Source: an uncultured Planctomycetia bacterium (GTDB lineage: Bacteria > Omnitrophota > Gorgyraeia > Duberdicusellales > 4484-171). Taken from it: DNA of 64,000 nucleotides. The position numbers and the translations under genes are program-made. Shown in pieces: positions 51,319-60,529 of this stretch. The notes under the pieces are model-generated. The model ran no database searches. It worked only from the letters and a program-made list of their open reading frames with translations, and was not told the DNA's origin. Position 1 is the stretch's first letter. Each line of letters starts with the position of its first letter. The stretch lies in assembly GCA_964635565.1 (NCBI GenBank), contig CAZWON010000003.1, positions 5,345 through 69,344 of the forward strand, written 5' to 3'.

Positions 51319-53273
51319 TTTTCCCTAAAAGTCTCTAATGTTTCCTCAATTGCTTTCCTTAAGGCTTTTCTCCCAAAGAGATAAAATCTTTTTCCTAATC
51401 TCTCCAATGGCTCTTTTGCTTCTCTAATATTATTATTTCCAATTAACCTAACATTATCTATCAAAATATTATTTCTTATGCCTAAAGGATTAAAAATATT
51501 AAGAAGCAAACCTACTGCTTTTTTCTTCAAATGAGGGGCCTTCATAACAATAATATTTAAAATCTCACGTTTAAGAAACATACTTTTGTTTTTCAATACT
51601 CTCAAGATAAAATCTTCATCTATAAAAGACATATTTTGTATTACCCTTATAATTTCTATTTTGATAAAAGGGTTATTAATATTAAATATATACTTCATAA
51701 CTTCCCATGATTCTTTTGTGTCTATATATTTTAATATATTTATTGCTTGCTCTGCCCTTTTAACAGTATAAACATTTTCTCTTATTGTTTTAAATAATAA
51801 ACTCAATTTGTCAGGGAAAAACTGCAAAAAAAGTGCTACTAATCTCCCCACTGAAAGGGTATCTTCCATAATTCTCTCTATATATATATTCGGACCAAGC
51901 GTACTGACAGATATTAACTTAGAGAGGGTATAGAAATCTTCATTGCTCATCCTGCTAATATTATTAAGAACAAAATCCTCTAGGGAAGATATAATCTGTT
52001 TTTTTGTCTTTTTACAGATGTCTACTACTTTATCCCTTAAAGAGCTCCTAATCTTTTTATCTAAAATATCAAGGAGATTTCTAATAAATACAAAATCTTC
52101 TAATTCAATGATTTTCTCCCAATTCTTCATAATATTAAAAATTATAAGCTCAATCCGCATATCTTTTTCCTCCAGATAAAGGAGATTTAAAAGCAGATAA
52201 ATATAGTTATTAAATATCTCCTTCTGATTAAATCTAAAAGAATCCGTTGTTCCCATCTCTCTAATAAGAGAACTTAAAGTAATCATATACACAGGAGAAA
52301 CAAATTTATTCTTAAAAGAGGTAATCAATTCTCTAAGTTTTTCTCTTGTTTCTATGCTATTTAAAATATCTCTGTTAGCGACAAATTTCTCCTTAAGATA
52401 ACCAGCTACTTTTTTCTGCTTATCACCATCAAGAAACTGAGAAAATACCTCTAAGGGGAAAGAATCAAATTTCTTATTTTCAAAATTATACTTCCATAGC
52501 GTCTCTGTCAATGTAAAAGGGTCCATCTTCTCTAAAAGATTTTTTATATCTTTCGCTATTTCCTCTTTCTTAAACAAATCTCTATTGTCCAGGCTAAATT
52601 TAACAAAAGATTCACTACATTGCTTAAATTTATCTATATCTGTTTCTCCCAGATTTTGAAGGACTTTTGTTATTTCTAAAGCTAAAGAGGTATCTCCTGT
52701 TAAATCTTCTGGAGAAAAATTTGATAAAACTTCCTCAAAATGATCAGTCAACTTTTTCATCTCCTCCGCAGGTGCTCTTTTTTTATAAGCTCTTTCTATA
52801 ATAAATTTCCAAATATCTTTTCTTTCCTCTCCTTCTGCTGAACCCAATAACTCTGAATAATCTAACTCCTCAACTTCAATACAAGAGACATTCTCCTTCA
52901 TAAGCCAGCTTTTAATCCCCTCCTCTTTAATAATATCCTTAAACGGTTTACTTACAATATCTATAAAAGTAGCTAATCCTCCAATCGTTACCCCTCTAAA
53001 AAACAGTATCTTTTTTACCTTCCTATAATGAAAGTGTTGGGCTAAACTTTTATATAACAATTCTCCCTTAAAATAGTCTTTCTCAACAAGAAGAGAATCA
53101 GAAGTTATACCAATCCAAAAAGGATCTACAGTATAAGTAATTTCCTCTAATAATTGGTAAGTATCAGAAAGAGATTTTTTAAGAACAGGGTGGTTTTTAA
53201 AATATACGCTAGCATTAGTAAGAGAAATTTTGAGTTGCTTAAAAAACCTCTCAATTAGTTCTCTTTCTATCAT
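51315..53273 (-). CDS. Hypothetical 652-aa helical protein; N-terminal ~140 aa paralogous to the N-domain of the adjacent HD-GYP protein
   Basis: No Walker, tubulin or other catalytic motifs. N-terminus MIERELIERFFKQLKISLTNASVYFKNHPVLKK aligns with MSKIELFLKELASALQIIMLYSQTHPKSEEAI of the downstream protein. Start overlaps the ftsA-like stop (ATGA) and stop overlaps the HD-GYP start. Confidence 0.4.
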   Translation of the reverse strand: MIERELIERFFKQLKISLTNASVYFKNHPVLKKSLSDTYQLLEEITYTVDPFWIGITSDSLLVEKDYFKGELLYKSLAQHFHYRKVKKILFFRGVTIGGLATFIDIVSKPFKDIIKEEGIKSWLMKENVSCIEVEELDYSELLGSAEGEERKDIWKFIIERAYKKRAPAEEMKKLTDHFEEVLSNFSPEDLTGDTSLALEITKVLQNLGETDIDKFKQCSESFVKFSLDNRDLFKKEEIAKDIKNLLEKMDPFTLTETLWKYNFENKKFDSFPLEVFSQFLDGDKQKKVAGYLKEKFVANRDILNSIETREKLRELITSFKNKFVSPVYMITLSSLIREMGTTDSFRFNQKEIFNNYIYLLLNLLYLEEKDMRIELIIFNIMKNWEKIIELEDFVFIRNLLDILDKKIRSSLRDKVVDICKKTKKQIISSLEDFVLNNISRMSNEDFYTLSKLISVSTLGPNIYIERIMEDTLSVGRLVALFLQFFPDKLSLLFKTIRENVYTVKRAEQAINILKYIDTKESWEVMKYIFNINNPFIKIEIIRVIQNMSFIDEDFILRVLKNKSMFLKREILNIIVMKAPHLKKKAVGLLLNIFNPLGIRNNILIDNVRLIGNNNIREAKEPLERLGKRFYLFGRKALRKAIEETLETFREK

Positions 53274-54418
53274 CAGAAATACTCTCTAAAAACATTAACT
53301 ACCCTACACCATAAAGAGTCTTGAATATCTTTCTCAAATAACATCTTTTTCCCATAATATACACAGCCAAACGCCGCAGGACACCTTTCTCTAAAATAAG
53401 AGTTACTATGGATATTCAAATTAAAATTACCCTTCATAAAAGTGTAAAAACCATCTCTCTCTGTTAACTCTCCTACAAAAGATACCGTATAATCTTTTTG
53501 CTGACGTATCTTATTAATATCATGTATAACTTCTTCCATGTTATTCTTAATAACTTCCTTAACAATACTATTAATAATAGTAGCTTCTATAGTAAAATAC
53601 CTATCTCCATTTTTAATGCTTATCTCCTTATCGTGGGGGAGACTGTCAAAAGAACTATAATTTATTACTAAATTTTTCGCTAAATATTCAGGCAGACGAA
53701 ACCTTTTTGCTATCTCTTCTATAATATTATCCTCTCCAAATTCATAAACTCTCTCAAATAATAACCTTCTTCCTAAAAAACACCACAAAAAAGTAGCTTT
53801 CTCTTTTATCTTTATAATAAAAGAGTGGACTTTGCTCGGTATACGATAAAGAGCGCTATACTCAGCGATACTTTCGTGAATAAAGGTAGAAAACTTCCGG
53901 TTAACATTACTGAAGCATTCTCTAAAAGTATCATATAAATCGTAAGGTATAGTTATAAGCATAGATTTTAAAAAAACTTTCTTTGCCCATTCTCCTATAG
54001 GTGAATTATAAAAAATTTTCTCTCCAATTCTATATTCCATAATAATATGATGAAGACAATAATCTCCTAAGTCTAAAGCAATATTTTCCATTTGTTTTTT
54101 TATAGAGACAATGTCTTGAAGAGTTAATTTCTTATAGAAACTTAGGGGCACAACATCCTCTAATATCTTTATTTTTGCATAAGAAGAAGGTAATTTAAAA
54201 AATATATCTCCCATTTTAAAAGAATGCTTTTTTTCCTGGCTTCTAATATACCCGTCAATTTCGTCAATATTAGCAATAATAAAATCTCTTAAATCTTTTC
54301 CTGAATAAGATATTTTCTGCCTTCCTTCAACATACGGAATTATTATCTTTTTTTTACTTAAAACAAAAGAAAAAAATAAGTTATCTTTCTCTAAACTTAA
54401 ACCTCCGTAAACTTTCAT
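53273..54418 (-). CDS. ftsA: Divergent FtsA-like actin-fold protein with degenerate nucleotide-binding motifs
   Basis: Occupies the ftsA slot after ftsQ. HHIIMEYRIGEKIFYNSPIGE parallels FtsA HVIPQEYAIDYQEGIKNPVG. SFIIKIKEKATFLWCFLGRRLLFERVYEFGEDNIIEEIAKRFRLP parallels [43 protein letters not shown] with the glycines lost. C-terminal SLWCRVVNVFREYF resembles the FtsA membrane-targeting helix (GSWIKRLNSWLRKEF). Confidence 0.5.
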   Translation of the reverse strand: MKVYGGLSLEKDNLFFSFVLSKKKIIIPYVEGRQKISYSGKDLRDFIIANIDEIDGYIRSQEKKHSFKMGDIFFKLPSSYAKIKILEDVVPLSFYKKLTLQDIVSIKKQMENIALDLGDYCLHHIIMEYRIGEKIFYNSPIGEWAKKVFLKSMLITIPYDLYDTFRECFSNVNRKFSTFIHESIAEYSALYRIPSKVHSFIIKIKEKATFLWCFLGRRLLFERVYEFGEDNIIEEIAKRFRLPEYLAKNLVINYSSFDSLPHDKEISIKNGDRYFTIEATIINSIVKEVIKNNMEEVIHDINKIRQQKDYTVSFVGELTERDGFYTFMKGNFNLNIHSNSYFRERCPAAFGCVYYGKKMLFEKDIQDSLWCRVVNVFREYF

Positions 54419-54427
54419 CTTTCGTTC

Positions 54428-55195
54428 TTACCATTTATTGCCAACATATATATCGCCGTCCGTAGAGGCATGTCTTAAGTCTATATACCGCAAAGAATCG
54501 ATTTTATTACTGAATTTTTTCTCAAGAAGCCTCTCCAGAAGAAAAAGTTTTTTAGAAAAATTTCCCTCTCCCACAATTATATTAACATCTTTTATAAAAA
54601 ATGAGATAGTATAAAGGGAAGTAGCACTAATAGTATTTATATTAAATCTATGGATTAAAGAACTCTTTTTCAACTCCTTAATCAATTGGTAAACAGAAAC
54701 AAGTCTTCTATCATTAATTGCTTTACCTATTTCTAAAGGAAAATTATAATCTCCTAGCTCAATAATAAAAATGTTAGGGTAGGGAGTGGGGCATCTTTTT
54801 TTTAATAATACTCTCTCTTCATCTAAAATATAAAAACCATCCTTTTTTAATTGAACAAAAGGTTCTCTCTTTTCTGCTTTGATTCTTAAAGTAGAGGGAA
54901 ATACTTTTACTATAGAAACATCTTTAATATTAGGATATTTTTTTATTATTTTACTGCGGAGAGCTTCTACCTTGATAGAAAATATCAATTTTCCTTTTAT
55001 TTGATCCTCTATATTTTTTCCAATCTCTATATTAGAAGTAATGGTATTAATGTTAAATGTAGGTAAAGAAGCTATTTGAAAAGAAAGAAAAAATATCCCT
55101 CCTAATGTTACAAAAATAAGAAATATCTTAACTATATTACTCAAAGGGATAAATTTTCTTCTCTCTTTAAACTTTTTGCTTCGCTTTTTTCTCAT
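54428..55195 (-). CDS. ftsQ: Cell division protein FtsQ/DivIB (TM anchor plus POTRA)
   Basis: Basic N-terminus, single TM (IFLIFVTLGGIFFLSF), POTRA-like region; position between ddl and ftsA. Confidence 0.72.
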   Translation of the reverse strand: MRKKRSKKFKERRKFIPLSNIVKIFLIFVTLGGIFFLSFQIASLPTFNINTITSNIEIGKNIEDQIKGKLIFSIKVEALRSKIIKKYPNIKDVSIVKVFPSTLRIKAEKREPFVQLKKDGFYILDEERVLLKKRCPTPYPNIFIIELGDYNFPLEIGKAINDRRLVSVYQLIKELKKSSLIHRFNINTISATSLYTISFFIKDVNIIVGEGNFSKKLFLLERLLEKKFSNKIDSLRYIDLRHASTDGDIYVGNKW

Positions 55196-56141
55196 TCTTT
55201 AAAGCAGATATTAACATTCTCATTATAAGATTATCAAAATCTATTCCGCACACTTTAGCAGAAAGAGGAAGCAGACTATGAGACGTAAGGCCAGGAATAG
55301 AATTAACCTCCAAAACAAAAGGATTATTATAATTATCCAACCTAATATCTACTCTTGAAAAGTGCCTACACCCTAAACAACGATGTGCTCTTTCCGCCAT
55401 TTCCATAACTTTTTTATATGTATCTTTATTTAAAGGAGCAGGTGCTTTAAATTCTGCCAAGGCATCACTATACTTAGTAGTAAAATCAAAATAACCTTCT
55501 TTAGGAACAATCTCAATAACACTTAAAGGCTTATCATCAAGTATCCCTACAGTAATTTCTCTACCTCGAATATACTCCTCTATAATTAACCTATCACTTA
55601 TCTCAAATGCTTTATTAATACTCTTATCCCATGCCTTAATATCATCAACAATAAATACTCCAATACTTGAACCAGAATAATAAGGCTTTATAACTTTAGG
55701 AAAAGATAAAGGAGAAGCTACCTTATCTTTGTGGATAATATAGAAATCAGGTGTCAAAACATTATTCTCTAAAAATAACCTCTTAGAAGCAATTTTATCC
55801 ATTGCCAAATAGCTTGCTTCTGGTCCAGAGCCTGTATAAGGAATATCAATGCCTTCCAGTATTTTTTGAATCTGGCCATCTTCTCCAAACTCACCATGAA
55901 GAGCAATAAAAGCAATTTCAATATTGTTCGCTAAAAGAATTTCTTCTATCGTATGTTCATCAGAAGTATTTATCTCTATCTCTTCTGCATCTAATCCCTT
56001 TCTTTTAAGGGCTAAAAAAACTTCTCTTCCCGAGATTAAGGAAATTTTTCTTTCTTCAGAGATTCCTCCTTTAAGTACACCAATTTTATAATTCTTAAGC
56101 TCCTCTAAATCTCTCTCTATCTTTTTAGTTAACATCCCCAT
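55167..56141 (-). CDS. ddl: D-alanine--D-alanine ligase
   Basis: IALHGEFGEDGQIQKILEGIDIPYTGSG..., ATP-grasp C-terminus; 324 aa. Confidence 0.9.
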   Translation of the reverse strand: MGMLTKKIERDLEELKNYKIGVLKGGISEERKISLISGREVFLALKRKGLDAEEIEINTSDEHTIEEILLANNIEIAFIALHGEFGEDGQIQKILEGIDIPYTGSGPEASYLAMDKIASKRLFLENNVLTPDFYIIHKDKVASPLSFPKVIKPYYSGSSIGVFIVDDIKAWDKSINKAFEISDRLIIEEYIRGREITVGILDDKPLSVIEIVPKEGYFDFTTKYSDALAEFKAPAPLNKDTYKKVMEMAERAHRCLGCRHFSRVDIRLDNYNNPFVLEVNSIPGLTSHSLLPLSAKVCGIDFDNLIMRMLISALKNEKKAKQKV

Positions 56142-57001
56142 CTTACCACTTCTTCTTCTAAATATATTCCAAATCTATCGTAAACCCTTTCTTTTATTAC
56201 ACTAATAAGATAAATTACATCCTTGGTTTTTGCTTTCCCCCTATTAATAATGAAATTAGCATGTTTTAAAGAAATCTGAGCATCTCCTACTCTAAATCCT
56301 TTAAGAAAACACCTTTCAATAAGCAACCCCACGCTTACATAAGGAGGATTTTTGAAAATACACCCTGCAGAAGGAAACATAAAATCCTGATACGCCAATC
56401 TTTGCCTTAGATATAACCCTATAGAATCTTTTATACCTGCAGCTTCCTGCAATTTTATTTTTACTTTAATTATTATATATTCTTTTAAAGAAGAATAATG
56501 ATAACCAAATTTTATCTCATCTTTCCCTATATGCTTTATCTCACCTTCTTTGGTAAAAACCACAACCTCCTCAACAAGAGAAGAAAACTCCTTCCCAAAA
56601 GCAGAAGCATTCATTACTGTCATCCCCCCAATAGTTGCAGGGATACCCACTAATTCCTCTAATCCCTTAAGACTTTTCCCTATAGCATAAGAGATTAATT
56701 TAGATAAAGGAGTCATTGCTCCTACTATTAAAGTCGTATTATCCTGCCTTTCTATAAAACTGAACTCCTCTCCTAAAGTAACAATTGGTTTATCGATACT
56801 ACTATCACTGATAAGAAGATTTGAGCCTCCGCCTAAAAAATAAAAATCTTTCTCTTTTTTAATAATTCTCTGCAGTTCGTCTATGCTATGGGCTATAAAA
56901 AAATAAGACGCTCTTCCTCCTATCTTAAAAGTATTTAGATTCTTCAATAAAAAATCTCTCCTTACATCTATTTTCTTATTAGATTTTAGTCTAATACCCA
57001 T
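56129..57001 (-). CDS. murB: UDP-N-acetylenolpyruvoylglucosamine reductase
   Basis: NTFKIGGRASYFF...FLGGGSNLL FAD-binding motif; 290 aa. Confidence 0.88.
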   Translation of the reverse strand: MGIRLKSNKKIDVRRDFLLKNLNTFKIGGRASYFFIAHSIDELQRIIKKEKDFYFLGGGSNLLISDSSIDKPIVTLGEEFSFIERQDNTTLIVGAMTPLSKLISYAIGKSLKGLEELVGIPATIGGMTVMNASAFGKEFSSLVEEVVVFTKEGEIKHIGKDEIKFGYHYSSLKEYIIIKVKIKLQEAAGIKDSIGLYLRQRLAYQDFMFPSAGCIFKNPPYVSVGLLIERCFLKGFRVGDAQISLKHANFIINRGKAKTKDVIYLISVIKERVYDRFGIYLEEEVVRWGC

Positions 57002-58388
57002 AAACAGTATCGGTCTTTAAAGAAATTTCTTTCAAAATAGTATCCATTATTATATTTATATCTCCTGCTCCTAAACCCATTACTAAATCACCTTCTTTTA
57101 ATAATAGAGGGACCTCAAAAGGCAATTTCTCTTTGGGAATATAAACAACATTAGAAAAATATTTTTTAATCTCCTTTGCAAGAAAATGTCCATTGATTCC
57201 TTCCTGGGAAGTTTCTCCTGCAGAATATATATCCGTTACCACAAGATAATCACAGGAGTAGAAACATTTTGCAAATTCTCTATAAAGCAACTTTACCCTA
57301 CTGTAACGATGTGGTTGAATAATAACAACTAATCTTTTAGGTAAAAGTTGCCGTGCTGCTTTTAATGTTGCCGATATCTCTGTGGGATGATGGGCATAAT
57401 CATCTACAAAGATTATCCCTCCTATATTAGCTTTAAATTGAAAACGGCGAGATGTTCCTTTGAACTCTCTCAATAAGGGGATAATATTAAAGATATCCTC
57501 ACCTAAATAACTACATAAGGATATAACTGCTAAGGCATTTAAAACATTATGTTCTCCTAAAAGAGACAATTCTATCCCTTTCACTTTTTTTTCTTTCAAG
57601 ATAAGATCAAAAACTGTATATTTACTATAAAAACGGACATTCTCTGCTCTAATAGTATTGCTTTTGAGAAACCCATAGGAACACGAAGAAACTTTTTCTA
57701 ATAACTGTCTTACATTTTTATCATCACCACATCCAATGGTTAAAGACCTTGTATTTAACATAAGCTTATAGAAACTATTATATAAGTTTTCAAAACTCTT
57801 ATAAAAGTCTAAATGCTCATAATCTATATTGGTCACAACAAAAATCCAAGGATTATAATACAAAAAACTACCATCGCTCTCATCTGCTTCAATCACAAAC
57901 AAATCTTTACCACTCCAAGCGTATCTGCCAAAATCCAAAGAGATTCCTCCAATAAATACATTAGGGGCATATCCCAACTTAGTTAAAACAAATGCTATTA
58001 AAGCACTGGTAGTAGTCTTACCATGACTTCCACTTATCACAATATTTTTAGCATTCAAAGAAATCCATGATAACAACTCTGCTCTTTTTATAACCTCAAT
58101 ACCTTTCCTCTTGGCTTCTAAGATCTCAATATTATCCTCTTTAACTGCAGAAGAATAACAGAGAAGTTGGGCGCCATAAATATTTTCTCTTCTATGACCT
58201 ACATAAACCTTAAAATCCTCTTTTCTTAATGCCATTATATTTTTGCTTTCCTTTATATCGGAACCGCTCACAATAAACCCTCTATCTCTTAACAAAAATG
58301 CCAAACCCATCATTCCTACTCCTCCTATCCCCACCAGATGTATCCTCTTTATCTTAAAAAGGTAATCCTTCATAATATTACTCTTCAA
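56991..58388 (-). CDS. murC: UDP-N-acetylmuramate--L-alanine ligase
   Basis: IHLVGIGGVGMMGLAFLL, GSHGKTTTSALIA P-loop; 465 aa. Confidence 0.9.
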   Translation of the reverse strand: MKSNIMKDYLFKIKRIHLVGIGGVGMMGLAFLLRDRGFIVSGSDIKESKNIMALRKEDFKVYVGHRRENIYGAQLLCYSSAVKEDNIEILEAKRKGIEVIKRAELLSWISLNAKNIVISGSHGKTTTSALIAFVLTKLGYAPNVFIGGISLDFGRYAWSGKDLFVIEADESDGSFLYYNPWIFVVTNIDYEHLDFYKSFENLYNSFYKLMLNTRSLTIGCGDDKNVRQLLEKVSSCSYGFLKSNTIRAENVRFYSKYTVFDLILKEKKVKGIELSLLGEHNVLNALAVISLCSYLGEDIFNIIPLLREFKGTSRRFQFKANIGGIIFVDDYAHHPTEISATLKAARQLLPKRLVVIIQPHRYSRVKLLYREFAKCFYSCDYLVVTDIYSAGETSQEGINGHFLAKEIKKYFSNVVYIPKEKLPFEVPLLLKEGDLVMGLGAGDINIIMDTILKEISLKTDTVYGY

Positions 58389-59397
58389 AACTGCGAGAGA
58401 ACTCTCTACAATCTACTATTATATCTATCTTCTTAAGATTGTCCTTAATCCTTAAGCGCTCTTCACTATCTGAAAGAAGTTTCTCTAGGCACTCTTTAAA
58501 TGCCTTAAAAGAAAAATTTCTCTGGTCTACCATATAACAGGCATCCCTTTTCTTTAAGTAAGAAACATTAACATATTGATGATTTTCTGCACCAGGATAA
58601 GGCACAAAAATCGCAGGAATCTTATAAGAAACTACCTCACCAATACTTAATGCTCCTCCTCTACAAATCACAATATCTGCTGCGGAATAAAGAAATTCTA
58701 TATTCTCACAAAAATCATAAACTATAGCTTTTTTCTTTATTTTATCATAAAATCCTAAAAAATAAGAGTATTGTTTAAATCCCGTAATATGAATAATTGA
58801 ACAATCCTCTTCTAAAATCTCTATCATTTGCCTAAAAACAGTATTGATAAATTCTGAACCTTGACTTCCCCCAAAACACATAATTACAGGAATGTTATAA
58901 TCCAATCCTAAAATTTTTCTTGCATATTTTTTATCATATCTCATAAGTTCATCTCTTATAGGGACTTTTACCCATTTATCTTTATTAGAAAACTTAAAAG
59001 GAGGCATCCCTCGGTATACTCTTTTAACGAATAGAGCAAGGACTCTGTTTGTTTTACCCAAAATAACATTGGGTTCATAAATAGCAACATCTATAAAAAA
59101 TAAACGGGAAAGTAAAATCAAGAAAAAAGTATCCCTACCTCCAAAACCAATTACTCTGTGAGGACGGAGCTTAAATATTAAATAAACCGACTCCCAAAAC
59201 CTAAAGATACTTTCGATAAGGATATTTCTAAATTTCAAAGTAAAACCGTAAACACTAAAACCATCTTTTCTCAATAAAAATTTAAAATAATAGGAAGGAA
59301 CAAAAAAGAAAACTCTTTCTTTGCCAAAATAATTAGCTAGACACCTTGCAGGGAAAAAATGTCCTCCACTTCTATCGCATGCGAGGATAATCCTCAT
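58378..59397 (-). CDS. murG: Undecaprenyldiphospho-muramoylpentapeptide beta-N-acetylglucosaminyltransferase
   Basis: MRIILACDRSGGHFFPA (GGTGGH-like) motif; 339 aa; position in the dcw cluster. Confidence 0.85.
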   Translation of the reverse strand: MRIILACDRSGGHFFPARCLANYFGKERVFFFVPSYYFKFLLRKDGFSVYGFTLKFRNILIESIFRFWESVYLIFKLRPHRVIGFGGRDTFFLILLSRLFFIDVAIYEPNVILGKTNRVLALFVKRVYRGMPPFKFSNKDKWVKVPIRDELMRYDKKYARKILGLDYNIPVIMCFGGSQGSEFINTVFRQMIEILEEDCSIIHITGFKQYSYFLGFYDKIKKKAIVYDFCENIEFLYSAADIVICRGGALSIGEVVSYKIPAIFVPYPGAENHQYVNVSYLKKRDACYMVDQRNFSFKAFKECLEKLLSDSEERLRIKDNLKKIDIIVDCREFSRSFEE

Positions 59398-60502
59398 AAC
59401 TCTTACTCACATTAAAGAATATCCCTAAAAGTATATAGTGGATAAGTAAATTACTGCCTCCATAGCTTATAAAAGGAAGGGACATACCTTTAGTAGGAAA
59501 AAGCCCACAACTTACCCCTACATTAATTATAACCTCAAGGCCAAGCATGATACTTACTCCCATACAGAAATAACAAAAGAATACATTACCAATTCTCCAG
59601 GAAACTCGTAATAGCGTTATAATTATAGAAAAATATAATAATAGAACTCCTAAACACCCTACTATCCCACACTCCTCTGCAATAATAGAAAAAATAAAAT
59701 CAGTATGTGCCGCAGGAAGAAAAAACAATTTTTGCTTACCTTCTCCCAAGCCTACCCCCCAAATTCCTCCCTCTGCAAAAGCAATTTGAGACTGAAGTAT
59801 CTGAAATCCGCTCCCCTTAGGGTCCCTCCATGGATTTAGGAATACCAAAAGTCGTTTAGACCGATAAGGGTCTGCTTTTATCAGAACTAAAGAGGCAACA
59901 ACTCCTAAGAGAACAAGGAAAAAAATATGCTTAGTTTTAACCTTTATCAGAAAAAACATAAAAAGGATCCATATCAACCAGAAAATAATCATTCCAAAAT
60001 CGGGCTCAAGAATAACCAGAAGAAAGACTAAACATGCTACACAAATAAAAGGAAAAACACCTTCTTTAAAATGTTGCATGTGGTTACCCTTCCTAAAAAA
60101 ATAACCTGACGTATATAAAAGAAAAGAAAGTTTTAATAGCTCAGAAGGTTGAAAATTAAAATTACCTATTTCTAACCATCTTCGTGCTCCTCCTATTTTC
60201 CTGCCTACAATAAGGACTAAAAAAAGAAGCAATAGATTAAAGAGGAATATTTTTCTGTTATGCTCTCTTAAAATATCAACATTCACAAATAATATTGCAA
60301 AAAATGCCACTAAAGAAATACACAAAAATAAAAACTGTCTCTTAAGAAAATATTCAGAATCTTGATATAATCTCCACGCATATATTCCTGAAGAACTATA
60401 TACCATAAGCAAGCCGAATAAACTCAAGCTAAGAACTGCTAAAAATATAAACTGTCTTTTTTTCCGTAGTTCTTCCTTGGGTATATCGATGATTTTTGTC
60501 AT
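59372..60502 (-). CDS. ftsW: SEDS family peptidoglycan glycosyltransferase FtsW
   Basis: Ten-TM SEDS topology, conserved PAAHTDFIFS motif; position between murD and murG. Confidence 0.85.
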   Translation of the reverse strand: MTKIIDIPKEELRKKRQFIFLAVLSLSLFGLLMVYSSSGIYAWRLYQDSEYFLKRQFLFLCISLVAFFAILFVNVDILREHNRKIFLFNLLLLFLVLIVGRKIGGARRWLEIGNFNFQPSELLKLSFLLYTSGYFFRKGNHMQHFKEGVFPFICVACLVFLLVILEPDFGMIIFWLIWILFMFFLIKVKTKHIFFLVLLGVVASLVLIKADPYRSKRLLVFLNPWRDPKGSGFQILQSQIAFAEGGIWGVGLGEGKQKLFFLPAAHTDFIFSIIAEECGIVGCLGVLLLYFSIIITLLRVSWRIGNVFFCYFCMGVSIMLGLEVIINVGVSCGLFPTKGMSLPFISYGGSNLLIHYILLGIFFNVSKSYEDYPRMR

Positions 60503-60529
60503 TTCAAAAAAAAGATAAGAAAGAGCTTT

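Noticed and set aside
51315-53273. The 652-aa protein as a divergent FtsZ or FtsK
   Set aside because: No tubulin signature (GGGTG[ST]G), no Walker A/B. Predicted all-helical with an N-domain paralogous to the HD-GYP protein, so not a recognisable FtsZ or FtsK.
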